Assembly: GCA_964106645.2 (NCBI GenBank) | Contig: OZ067040.1 | DNA from: Podarcis pityusensis | Taxonomy: Eukaryota | Direction: 5' to 3' (one strand) | Length of the DNA: 64,000 nt | Part shown: piece by piece, positions 1 through 11,975 of the stretch | Numbering within the stretch: position 1 is the first letter of the stretch | Layout: each line of letters begins with the position of its first letter | The notes under the pieces: model-generated | The model's database searches: none | What the model was told of the DNA's origin: nothing | What the model saw: only the letters and a program-made list of their open reading frames with translations | Position numbers and translations under genes: made by a program

Positions 1-289
1 TGATTAACTACACCATGGCCTCACTGTTTCCAGAACGAAAAAGGTCACTACAAATGGGACTGAAGCAATAGCTATGCAAATCTGTGACTAGCAGCAAATT
101 GGCTCAAAAATTGTGAGTGTGTCTGTAGCTCTCAGGAAACTTTTAGCTTCATAAAAAAGTCCCTTTTTGCACTGAAATTCAAATCCTGAATTCAGCACAG
201 CAATCTTCTGTATTGTATTTTTATGTATCTTATTTAGCATTTTGCCTGCTTAAATGTGTTGAGGTTCTCAGCGCACCTGACCTCTAGCT

Positions 290-520
290 GTAAGAAGCTC
301 TTTAGCATGAAAGAGCTACTGGTCACAGGTTCACAGTTTTTCTCTGCCATGAACTTAACAGATGGCCTTAGGTGAGATACTCTCAGCCTCACTCCCCACT
401 GCCTTCCCCATTCTGGATAATGATACTGACCTGATGCAGCTTTTGCTAAGATTGTGGCAATAATTCATGTGAAGGACTTTGAACACTCTAAAATGCTATA
501 TAAATGTCAGATATTATTAT
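290..520 (+). mobile_element. Old CORE/MIR-like SINE remnant
   Basis: Core-like 'tggccttaggtgagatactctcagcctc...gataatgatactgacc' followed by MIR/L2-type tail 'atgtgaaggactttgaac...aaatgctatataaatgtcagatattattat'. Boundaries approximate. Confidence 0.6.
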
Positions 521-3500
521 GCTGAAAACCAAATGTGTTTTTTATATATAAAAAAACAACCTGTATCTTCTTTAGCATATGAAATCCTTTAAAAATTGTT
601 TTCACTTAAAAAGTAAGTGGTATAAGTTTTGTAGCTATCATACAGAACCTATTAATGCAAGAAGTGCTGACAATAACAACAAAACACGCATAAGCCAAGC
701 TAGTTTACTTCTGATTAGAAGTAAGATGTGTGTGTGTGTGGGGGGGGAGGTTATATTTACCTAGGCTATAGTTGTGCAGGCCAACCCTATAAATGTCTAC
801 TCAGAGGTAAGAACCTCTGAATTCCACCAAGAGCTCTTGTCAAGCATTTATCCTGATTTACTTTCAAAGCTTATGTTTAGGTTAGATATGCTTGTTCTTT
901 TTAAGGATTCATTCCAATTTGTTTGCAGATAAATGAGTGTCATTCTTGATATGCTTGCATGGCATCCATACACAGCACCTTAGGGTGAAGGGAGGGTAGG
1001 TAATAAAAATAGTGCTTCCTGTCAATCATTAATTCACCTCAAACTTTCCAGTGCATTTCCTCATCACTTTCCTAACTGCAAAAAATGGATTTGTTGTGCC
1101 TGGGTGACAGAATGCTTTAATCCACTTTAATTGTGCAAACTGTACAACTGTACATTGGTTGTACATTTTGCTTCATAATTTTCCTTCCAAGAGGGGACTT
1201 CGTTCCTTCCTGCCTTCCTTCCAGCTAAGAATATGGGGCCCTCTTATAGACATGGGCCATTGTGCAGTTGCTCCAAGTACACCATTATAATCCAGCCATA
1301 GAAATACAAAAAGGATTGTGGGACAAAGAAGACCAAAAATGCAATCATATGTTCCTCTTTCTTCATCTGGTAAGCTCTCAGCTTCCTACCTACTTTGAGC
1401 GCACCTTGAAATAACAATCAATTTGCTTTCCTAATGGCTATTTGTTTATTGCATTTGTTACTTTAAAAAAGAGGAAGCCAGATTTAGAATTAGACCACAA
1501 AAAAACCTTTAAAAGCCATTCTGCTTTAGCTCACTGTAGTCAGTTTAAAGATAGGCATTTGAACAACTCTGGGGGTATCTTTTTCCCTTTAGGAATTTCT
1601 ACACAAGAGAAGAAAAGAAGCCACATATTGAGGGAACAATCAGAGCCATTTGGGTGATTGCATTTCTAGATTTGACAGGTAATTTTGGACATGACCCTAA
1701 ACCTCTATATTTTATTAATCCATTCTCTGCAGGATGGGATTTCTTTTTCAGAAAACTGTGATTACAACTGCAGACCTACTTTTTCATATCTTTTTGTCTG
1801 TGGCACTTAATATGCTCACAGTAAGACACCATGTACAGCCAATACACCCATGGGCTCAAATACATTGCTTCATTGAGCTGTAGCTTGGTTCATTCAATGG
1901 TTTTTCAATCTCTTGGTGAATTTGTTAAATAAAGCGTGCAATCTTTTCCTTATTTCCTGCTTTCCTCCCATCCCAATATAGCGATAATACAGACAGCTGC
2001 TAATACTTTAAATATGGAAGCTTTTCTTTTGAACAGTTATTACCGAGAAAGCCAGCGTCAAATGCCATTTAATTCTTCTGATTGCTTAACATGGCTCTGT
2101 AAAACAGGCCATCTTAGATGTTGTGATAGTTATAATTGAGCGTAAAATTCTCTGCAAGGATAATACAGTAGGTTACTGGGATTCGTGAGGAGTTAGCACA
2201 AGATAAAGGGGTCAATGAAGGGTGAGTGGAATTTGATAGGATGCCCAGTATAAATATCCAGATGAAACTACAGCTAGTTACTCAGTTCTTGATATCATGC
2301 CTTGACTGGTGGGGTAGGAATCCCCCTCCATCAGGCTGTTCAAGGTTTTAAATGGTCATTCATAATAAGAATTGTGATAGAATGATATGATTTCACCACA
2401 CAGAAGAATGAAATCTGACAGCTGAAAACAGACAAGGTATTAATCTCAGAACACCACATAAGACTTTCTTTTCTTCCCATTCTGCAGTAGGAACAAAACC
2501 AGCTTCTCTTGTTTTTATCCCAGCTCAAATGTCATTGCTCAGGGAAAGGGTGATGAAGGAAAAGGAGAGAGAGAGAGGATGAGATGTGACAGGAAAACAG
2601 AAAAAAATGGAGCCCGTTGGTCCCTCTCAGTCTGCCTGAGGCCTAACATAGTAGACGGCTTCACAGTGATTACATTCAGCCAAAAGAGCCCAACAGAGCA
2701 GCTTGCATACTGCATTTGATCATATATCATGTGGGCATAACTGAGTGGAAAATTTCACAAAGTACAGTCTCATCACTGAGCGAGGCAATTATTATGTTTT
2801 TTGGTGTCGCATTTGGCCTTTGATATTTTCTGACATGAGGAGTAGAAAGGGATAACTCTATTGTCCTAGCAGAATGGGTCTCTGCTCCAGTTTCTTTGAA
2901 GAAACCACCTTTTGGCACGTGACACATGGAGTCAGGTTTCATTCTCTTGGAGAACTCTTTTAAATACCACCATAAGGTTACAAGGGCTAAGTCTCCATTC
3001 TGACATTCCTGGAATGGGAACATTAATGGAAGAGGACTCTCAGCACCCCAATTCATACCTTATGCTGACTGTTACCTTCTTCTTTTGCTGCTGCAGAAAC
3101 TTATGCACCCTGACTTTGGTGTAACTCCCACTGAACTAAGTAACTTTATTTGTTTTCAATAATAATAGATTAAGGTTATTTTAATATCAGTTAAGCTAAT
3201 ATTATAGGGTGGATTATGCTACTATTACAGTTAAACCATTGGGTTTATCACGGTATATTTTTCTGAATAAATTCTGTTGGCCTTCATCCCTAGTTCTGAT
3301 GCCATAGCAGACAATAGAAAATCTCTAATTTCCAAAGGGAAATAAAAACTTCCCAGATGCTATTTAAGAGCCCTAGAGCACCATAAAATAGCCTTTCTGT
3401 TTATGTTGCACAAATTTACCAACCAAGATTATTTGACCTTACTTATGTAGGGTACCACTAATCATGGATTAGTTTCAGGCATTTCACCTGTACGAGCCTT

Positions 3501-4934
3501 TGCCTGAATGTAACTGAACTTAAAGTGGTGAGAGCACATAAGCCACAAGTCCACCAGTTCCACATCAGACCTTACTGTGTTGAAAAGGAAGTTCTGAGGG
3601 GAGATTCTAAGTATGTTCACCTAGATGTCCTTCGAACCCCCTTTCAGAACTTCTCTCTTAATAGATGAAGGTCTGACTTGGCACTGGTGTGCATGGGGAA
3701 ATTGGAATGGGGATTGTGAACACAGTCCTGCCCCCTTCAATTTTTAGCCTGCATGCATTCACCTCAAATGTCTGAAAACAAAGCCTTTATCCCCTCCCTA
3801 TGCTTTCAGGATGTCCAAAGCTCAGCTTACATATTTCCCCAGGGAAATATTCGTGCATATGCTGTCTCTTCATCTAGAGTAGACACATATTCCCAAAGGA
3901 ATAGTTTTAGATATTCTTTGCATGCAATCTCAGGTTCCCCTCATTTCACTTTTTTTTTTTTTAAAAAAAAGAATGGAGCTAGCCCTATCAACATTCTGAA
4001 GATGGCAGACATAAGCATGTAGGAATTCAATTAAAAATGTCTTCCAATTGGAAATATTTTTGTCTGGAAGATCATACAGTTTGAGCATCAAGCACCACCA
4101 TTAACCCAATATAGCTCTCCCCCACTTTGCTAGTTAATATATCATTTTCTTTTTGCTATATGGAGCTTGGATGGCTCATTTCCTATTATTATGTTCTTTT
4201 TCACAATGAGTCCTACTGACAATTTGCATAATGGAATTGTAAAGCAGGCCCAAAGGTAAAAAGAAAAGAAAAGTCTAGGTGTCTCTGATTATGTGGAAGA
4301 AGATACATATATTAAAACAGAATTGAAAGAACATGGCTTTCTTCTGGTTGCTTAAAAGTTAGGATTTAGATGATGTGAGATCATGGTAGAATCAGATATG
4401 ACTTTTTATCCTGGGCTAAGTATAACTATCAGTATAAATTGGAAATTTATATTGAATGTCTTTCAGAAAACAGATAAAGACGCTAAATCAATAGAAATGT
4501 TTTTAAACCTGATTTAGGTTTGATCTTATTGTCATAATAGATTTCTCCCTAAAATAAAAATACAATTGCACAGTTGTTATTGTTCTTATTTCATTTAAGG
4601 TGCATTGAGTATTTTGCTTCTCAATGAGCTTTAACTAAAAGGAACTTACGGGCCACTTAGCAAATATGGTGATTCATGGCAAAAGTTCAGATCCAAAGCA
4701 CCATACACTCTTGCATTAACTTGAATGTAAGTGGTGCACAATAAGCATGCAAATGTGGATCAAAGACTATGGAAAAATCCTTACATTTATGGGAGGCCTG
4801 TATGTTCACTGGCAAATCCATACATGCAAGAAATCCTTCATGCTGCTACAAGGTGACTTTGAAATTTATTTATGCATGTTTCTTAATTTAAAAATGCTAA
4901 TGGGGACAGTGGATCTTAAATACTTTTATTTTAG

Positions 4935-5056
4935 TCAATAGCTTCAGGTGTTGTTGGACTCCAAATCCCATCTGTCACACACAGCATGGTCAATAGACAT
5001 GACAGCAGGAGTAGACATTTAAGAACAACAGGAAGGCCATGGTTCCCCATGCCTAA
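4935..5056. mobile_element. Degraded palindromic hAT-type MITE (ggactacaactcccatc family)
   Basis: 'gttggactccaaatcccatc...agcatggtcaat...ggagtagac...ggttccccatgcct' matches the intact copy at 44720-44855. Confidence 0.6.
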
Positions 5057-5754
5057 CCTAAAGGAACCTGGTGGTCAGTAGAGGATAGTACTGAGCAACT
5101 GTGTTGAGACTTCTATTGTACATAATGCAGCATTTGCTTATTGGCAAGAGTGAAGTATTGAGAGCTTGTAACATTGGCATAAAGAGAACTCTACTGGCTC
5201 TCACAATTCAATTCACTCTTTTAAAACACTCTTTTAAAGCCAATAGCACAAATCCAACACCCTCAATAGACTAGGCCCAAGGTATATTAGCAAGCACATT
5301 AAGATATTTCAAGGAGGCACATGCTGAATCTTATCCTTTGCTTGTTGAATTGATGGGAAAAAGAAGTGAGGTCCACTGAGTTGCAATATCCTTTTATGAA
5401 ATCCCTTACCCAGAAATGCAAAATTTGTAATTATTGCTCTTTGTTGCTGGGTTAATTTTACTTAAATTTTATTTTATTTAGAGCACCATTATAAGGCAAT
5501 GGTGTATACTTTATATTGTAGTTAACTTCTCTGAGTGCATGGAGGTGCCATATGGCAGGATGTATATTTCAGAATCCATAAAAATAAATATAAGGTTCTA
5601 TCATTCTCTGATAAAAGACCACTGTCAGGGATGTATAAGATTTTGGACCCAGCAGGCCAGGTTCTTATCTGCCCTTACTCCATGGGTCAGCTTTGACAGG
5701 TGGGCAGGGCCACCCACCTGACCATCATCTGACATCATAATGCTAATTAACTAT

Positions 5755-5893
5755 TTAGCTGAGTTGGTAGAGCATGAGATACTTAATCTCAGGTTTGAAG
5801 GGTTGAGCCCCATGTTGGGCAAAAGATTCCTGAATTTCAAGGGTTTGGACTAGATGGCCCTCGTGGGCCCTTCCAATTCTATAATTCTATGAT
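5755..5893 (+). mobile_element. tRNA(Lys-like)-derived SINE with CR1-type 3' tail
   Basis: tRNA-like head 'tagctgagttggtagagcatgagatacttaatctcagg...ggttgagcccca' (A and B boxes), then CR1 3' end 'gggtttggactagatggccctc...cccttccaattctataattctatgat'. Confidence 0.8.
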
Positions 5894-5906
5894 GTCAGGT
5901 GATTGA

Positions 5907-5909
<3 letters not shown>

Positions 5910-5940
<31 letters not shown>

Positions 5941-5948
5941 GGGGGGGG
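5910..5948. repeat. (TG)n microsatellite with G-run
   Basis: Directly visible. Confidence 0.95.
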
Positions 5949-6302
5949 TCCCATCCACTGGACAAAGCTGGCCCATAGGTTGGGGGAATTGAACTCTCCA
6001 TGCATCAGTTTATGTGCAGAGTTCAATCCTGCTTTCTAAGGTTGGGACAGTTCTCCATGGGGAAGGTGGTCTCAAACAGGACCAAAGGCTAGAGGAAAAG
6101 ACTTCACCATAAATAAATAAATAAAATAAGTGTATTGTGGAATCTAGTTGTGGATGACCCTGGAAATCTTGGGCACATTTTTAAAACTGTCTGACTCTTC
6201 TTGTTTTCAAGTCCAAATTAGAGTTGAGCTTTCACAGTTGTTCTCCCTCTGCTTTGTTTTATCGTGGATACAATATTAATAACCTTAGAACACAGTTATC
6301 CT

Positions 6303-7108
6303 AATAGTGAAAAGGGAAAGCCTTTCCTCCCCACGGAGGGGAGGTGTTGTGGGCGGGATGCGATTTAAGCGTCACGCAGGGGGCGTTATGCCCCCTGCCC
6401 CACTCACCTGGCTGGCGCACCACGCCCACAGGTAAGCGCCCAATCGGGCGGCTTGGAGGGGGCATGGTTTGCGGATTAAGATACCACTGTGCCAGCCATT
6501 CTTCCTCACTTTTCATCTTCTCGTCACGAGTCACCCACCCACCACTCCCTTAGGGCTCAGGGCTTAGCTTTTCGCTTGACCTTGCTATGGACCTTTGGTT
6601 GGTCGCCCAGGTTGCCCAGGGGGCCTGGTAGGAATTTTTCCAACTGGCATTAGGCCTTTTGGTTTTTTCGCCTACCTCGTAGCAATCGTCACAACTTTCT
6701 TGGTATCTGGCGGTTAGGCATTGGAATGTGTTCTTGGTGTGTGGAAGGGCTAGGTGTGGCCATCGTCTACCCCTTCAAATTTGGGTATTCCGTTAAAGGA
6801 ATCCGGCGGTTGTGGATCCTTTCCGATGCCTGTGTGGCGGGGGGCCATGGCACGACCCTCGGTGACATCAGGGGAGAGCTTATAGTTGTATTAGCATCAA
6901 CAGGCACCACCTACTGGTGAATAAACTCCCTATAGGCTCACCCCTCTCCGAGTGGGTGGAGTCAATCTTTCGTGGTCCAATGCCTAAGCCAATACCTTCT
7001 CACTTGCTGTAATCAATAAAGTTGTGGCCTTTTCTTGCCTATTAACCTTATACACTATGTCCGTGTGTCTTTATTCCACAAAGCGGGGATCAGGTCCTCG
7101 AACCACAA
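6303..7108 (+). mobile_element. GC/CpG-rich young interspersed repeat, LTR-like (possibly DIRS/Ngaro-type terminal repeat)
   Basis: Abrupt GC and CpG rise relative to flanks, AATAAA at 7015-7020 followed by a GT-rich tract, no TG..CA ends or clear TSD found. Family assignment is inference. Confidence 0.6.
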
Positions 7109-7139
7109 CTATTACCTGTTGTAAGGAATGCTTTGCAAC

Positions 7140-7140
<1 letters not shown>

Positions 7141-7181
<41 letters not shown>
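7141..7181. repeat. (CTAT)10 microsatellite
   Basis: Directly visible. Confidence 0.95.
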
Positions 7182-7998
7182 CCTTTCACATTCATTTTAA
7201 TTGCAAGGCAATATTTTACATTACTGGATAAGGAAACTTTAGGATGTTTAATTATTGAGCCTATAAAACTACTTATGTTGTAATAAGGTTTGCCTGGGTT
7301 TGTATTCAGGTTTGTAGTATCTGTGTGTACGTATTTGGATATAAACTAGGCAGCTCTGCCCCGTGTTCTGACTAGTCCTGCAATTCTTGTTTCCCCTTGG
7401 TGTCTTAGTGCAGCCTCAGACAGCCTCCACTGTTGCCATTACCATACTGGAAGTTGTACGGTACATGTGCAGTATGGTTCCCCAGATAGAAACAATAAAC
7501 TTCATAAATGTACCAGAAACAAAGGGTGGGACACAATGTGGCACAAAGTAAGAGTGGCTTTGAATTGTCAAAAAACATAGGAATGGTTTTTTTTTTGGGG
7601 GGGGGTTCTGAGACCCCAAAAACTCTGCTTAAAAGCTTAATCTGCATCCACAATGTTTTTTTAATGGTACACAGGTGATATAAAGTACACAAAAGCCCTA
7701 TTCACACATTTACTCACACGAAGCAGCAGAAGTGGGGTGATGCCTGTGGCTCCCCCAATAACATTATATTGTTGTTGCCATGTTACCCTAGATCTTCAGG
7801 TATTTACTGTGGAGGACTTTGTGTGGACAGCTACTGATGCAAAGCTATCCCTTTTCAGACTCCTGTATTCAACATGGGAAGGCCATGGGAAGCATGGCAA
7901 TAGGACATAATTTTGAGGACGGGGCCATTGCTACTATGTGTGAGTGTCCTGCATAAATGCATGAACAGAGCTAGAGTTAAAATGGGCTCAAAGCAGGT

Positions 7999-8165
7999 AC
8001 ATAGATAGGAAGCTGTCTTATACCAAGTCAGACCATAGGTCTTATCTAGCTCAGGATTGTCCACACTGACTAGTAGTGGCTTTTCAATATTTCCAGCAGG
8101 AGATACTGGGGATAGAATCTGGGGCCTTCTGCATGCACAGCAGACACCCTGCCACTGAACTGCAA
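7999..8165 (-). mobile_element. tRNA-derived lizard SINE with CR1-like tail
   Basis: Reverse complement reads 'gcagttcagtggcag...tgcatgcagaaggccccagattc...gagctagataagacctatggtctgacttggtataagacagcttcctat'. Same family as 39313, 41310, 50480 and 56115. Confidence 0.75.
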
Positions 8166-9152
8166 CTTAGTTCATCCATCAAGGTTTTCTCCCAGGGTTT
8201 AGCCTTAGGGAGCTGAAATGAATACAATATGGAGTTTCCCTTGGCAGCTTACCTATGCAGGCACAAGAAACCAACTGCTGAAGAACCATAGACAAAACCT
8301 TCCTTTCTGAATCTATTAGTAGCTATTCCTCAGAGTGTGCTCCCTTCCTTCTGTCTGGGGTTATATCATGACACATGGGAGGCAGAAGGAAGTGGGAAGA
8401 GCAGTTTCTGGAGGGCAGGAGGCCCTCGTCTTTCAAATCTCAAGTCCCACTGGCACGAGTGGGAGCTGAAGGTGCCTGGTACCTTGCAGGACCGCAGCCC
8501 TTCAGAACGGCATATGATTAATACATGTTATGAATATCTATTAAATGTTACAGCAGGTTGGTGACACTCAGCCGTATCGCTCATTTATTACGAGCAGCTC
8601 TTCAGTTATAGGCTGAACAGGGGGTGAGAGAGCAACTGCACTGCAGTCTTAGATTGATGACACTTCTAAAAATTGTCCAAGCATGTGTGCAAAAATCTAT
8701 CAAAATAAGAGTGTAATAAATGAGAAGGTAACTCTTACTGTGCACAAAAGCTGCAATCATGCCTCATTTCTCCTCCTCTATACAGGGGGAATAAACAATA
8801 GTCTACATAGGTAAATAACGATCTTGAAAGAAAAGATGGTATAGAGGAGGAATGGCACAGCCGTGTCAAGAGTCGCTTCTTTGTCAGGGTCAAGTTCTCA
8901 GCCTGGTGTGAGGAGCTGAACTGTAGCCACATCCAAATTGGGCTGTTAGAGGATTTCTTGCCTCAGGCCCCTTAAATTAATGTGAATAACTTCCATTAAT
9001 CAGCAGGGAGCTATTCTGAAGAGTTAACACTCTGTAATGAAGGTTGTGGTCCTGCAGGACAACTAGATTGACAATAATGGAGAAGAGGCTGGGTTACTTA
9101 CACCTGTCAGCAAGATCATTATGAACCAAGCCTCCAAGCCATATTGTCTGCT

Positions 9153-9318
9153 AGGCTGGGTACATGTCATATATTGAAAGCATATACTCCTCTCTCCAAG
9201 AATCCTGGGAACTGTACTTCACCCCTCATGGAGCTATAATTCCCAGCACTATTAACAAACTACATTTCTGAGGATTATTGGGGTTGTGCTTTACATGTTT
9301 GGTATTTGCACGCCAGGC
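9153..9318. mobile_element. Palindromic DNA-transposon-derived MITE (gaatcctgggaactgtagtt family)
   Basis: 'aagaatcctgggaactgtac...attcccagcac...aaactacatttctgaggatt'. Further copies at 18145, 21205 and 31190. Confidence 0.65.
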
Positions 9319-10738
9319 ACTCCTGTCTTCATTTGCACAGCCCTAGTTGTGATGTTTATAGATCATCTCCAGAATCAGAGACAGCATGCCTCTGAATACC
9401 AGTTGCTGAGGAGAAACAGAAAGAGAGGGCTATTGCTCTTGCATGCTGCTTGTGAGCTTTCCATAGCCATAGGTCTTTGGTCTGATCCAGCAGAGCTCTT
9501 CTTGTGTCTTTAGGCATGTTTCAATATCAAAGCATCTTACCTATGTTAGATAGCAGCACTGTACTAGTTGGTGCATGAAAGGATTGTGGCACATTTGCAA
9601 TGAAAACACCCTCCCAAATCATTACCAGCCAGTCTCTTTGAAAACTTGAGATGATCTTTGGAAATGGTAATGGTTTGGAAGAAATGTTGTCTGGATTCCC
9701 TGCAATAAATGAGTGATGAATAGTGTCAAAGCCAGTTTGATGGGCTGCTACACAAAGGCTAGTGCAGAAACACTCAATTAACACGTTTAGCATGGAACTG
9801 TGCACTGCTTGGTTGCCAGTTTGACAGTGTCATTTAATAGGCAGCATATGTGGCCTTATGCTGTACGCTTTTGCCATGGCTAAAATGGAAGAAATAGATC
9901 TTCACAAGCAATTTAGCACAGCAGAAGGAAGGAAATGTAGCTGTCTGGCATTTGTTTTCATTTCTGAATCTAATTGCAATAGATTCTGGACTAACGACAC
10001 AGACTATGACATTCATGTTTTATACCTTTTGCAAAAACCTGACACCATTGGGGAAGAAAAGCTACAATGGTTTTTATGATTGCACATGATAATGCACACA
10101 TAATAAAATACCTTTCTAAATAAAGCTGATCTTGCCTTTGACCATTAATGTTGTAGTGCAGGAGTGCAGGGCTGAGAAATCTGTGGCCCTCTATGTAAGG
10201 GCCAGCCAGTATGGCCAATGGTCAGGGACGGTGGAAGTTGGGGGTTCAATAATATCTGCAGTCATGTGGGCTTTAGCCTCACTTTATGCTGATGGGAAGA
10301 AGAAGTGGGAAAGGGAGTGGCAGAGAAATGGAGAGAGGGAGGGACGGAGGGCAAAGGGGATGACTTTGGACTCAGTTCCTGCCCACCATCTGCATGAGGA
10401 CCCATCCTCCACTGGCATGCAGACCCTGACAATTATCTCAAGATAATGCAGTCCTTGACGGGCATGGGGGAAGGTTCCCTACCCTGCTCTTAGCAAGAAG
10501 CAATGTTTGACACACTTGAAATAGCATACCTGCTTAGTTTTGGCTTAGTTTTCCCCACTCAGTTACATTTGTCCCTAGACTGCACCACTGTGCCTAGAAT
10601 GCATATTATGTCACTGAACCCTCTCTGGCATACAAAGCACTTCTTCAACACATATGTGGAGGAAAAGAGCTTTAGCTTATGTGTCTTGGTAAATTTTAAT
10701 TTTCTCTTTGCAGATTTTGTCTATCCAACAATCCATAG

Positions 10739-10974
10739 TGTTATGTACTGAAGTTCTCACCCTGGGCCAGCAGGGGGATACTGTAGATAGTTATGCAAAT
10801 AAGGGATCGAAAGTGACGTTCAGTGATTTGATAGTTTTACAGTTACATTGTACTGGAGCTCTATATAAGCAGGTTTACTGAACCCTTCAGTTCAGTTCTG
10901 TCCTGGCCTGTGAATAAACAAGAGCTGTTTGAAGAATCGCTGTGTCGTCTGATATGTTCACCCACAACTTAACA
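10739..10974 (+). mobile_element. Solo LTR (236 bp, Gypsy/Copia-like)
   Basis: TGTTA...TAACA termini, perfect 5-bp TSD CATAG (10734-10738 and 10975-10979), TATATAA at 10862, AATAAA at 10913. Confidence 0.9.
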
Positions 10975-11764
10975 CATAGCTTCAAGTGATAGAGCTCCGA
11001 AACAGGTCTGTCACCACAGTGAGAATATGCCTTTATTTCAATATAGGTGCATTTGTTTCCTCTTTAAACAGGGCTTCCCTTCTTTAATGCTGTTATAAGA
11101 TTGACATTAAAGGAAAAGCAAGAAGTAAAATAATCATTTTCATTCATCTGTTTGGTAAAAAGACAATTAAATAAATGCTCTGGCTGATGAGATCTAAGTA
11201 CTTATGCTTCTTCATGATGGAAAGTGAACACCCACTTCAGATTAATATTTTGTCGTGCAGAATGAATGTAAAGATGCATCAATTTGTCTTTACTGTCTGT
11301 AATGGAACAAAACTCGTTTGATCAAAAAGTACAAAACCTACATTTACTAAGCATTTTGATCCATTGCCCCTCTGCCTATGATGAACACAGTTTTTAATTT
11401 TAAATGACCCAAATAACAGAATAAACACTCCTGGGTGCAATTTGTAACCATTTCCTGTGAACGCACATAAGCATCCATTTGTATGCTTGAGTCTTGCCCA
11501 TTGTGGCTAGTAAAATCTAGAAGAGAAGACATGGCTGGTTGGGCCAAGGAGCTGATAAATATCTCCTTGTGTGAGGGGGCAGTCCCAATCCATGTGAAAT
11601 AGGTGCTAATAAGACCATTCTCTGGATCTGAATAATGCTCCCTTCCAGGGCATGATTCCCAAACAGGTCCAATCATTCTTGGATGAAATTGATTTTCTAG
11701 ATCCATTAATTGGATTTTGGCACTGAAACTGCCTTGGTCACCCTGGATGATGAACTCGTATGAT

Positions 11765-11858
11765 AAGGTACCTGTTGATTCTCCTTGGTCTCCCAGGGAC
11801 TTTTGATACAATTAATCATGGCATCCTGGAGCGGCTGTCTGACTTTGGAGTGGATGCT
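11765..11858 (+). mobile_element. L2-like LINE reverse-transcriptase fragment
   Basis: Translates LLILLGLPGTFDTINHGILERLSDFGV, resembling L2 RT LLILLDLSAAFDTIDHGILL.RL..LG. Confidence 0.7.
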
Positions 11859-11867
11859 GCTGCTTTG

Positions 11868-11975
11868 CAAGAACAAGACTTGCTGAAGCAGAACCAACAT
11901 GGTTTATGCAAGGGTGAGTCCTGTCTCACTAACCTATTAGACAGATGTGTTTGAGTTGACACTGTGTACTTGTAT
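11868..11975 (+). mobile_element. CR1 LINE reverse-transcriptase fragment
   Basis: Translates EQDLLKQNQHGLCKGESCLTNLL followed by a 'gttgacactgtgtacttg' (VDTVYL) remnant, resembling CR1 RT NQHGFxKGKSCLTNL...VDIVYLD. Confidence 0.75.

Noticed and set aside
5755-5822. tRNA-Lys-like sequence as a tRNA gene
   Set aside because: Degenerate stems and continuation into a CR1 tail show it is a SINE head. The same applies to heads near 8165, 39471, 41482, 50490 and 56120.
11347-11811. Longest ORF (154 aa, minus strand)
   Set aside because: Non-ATG start, no recognisable domain, begins antisense to an L2 fragment. Compatible with chance.
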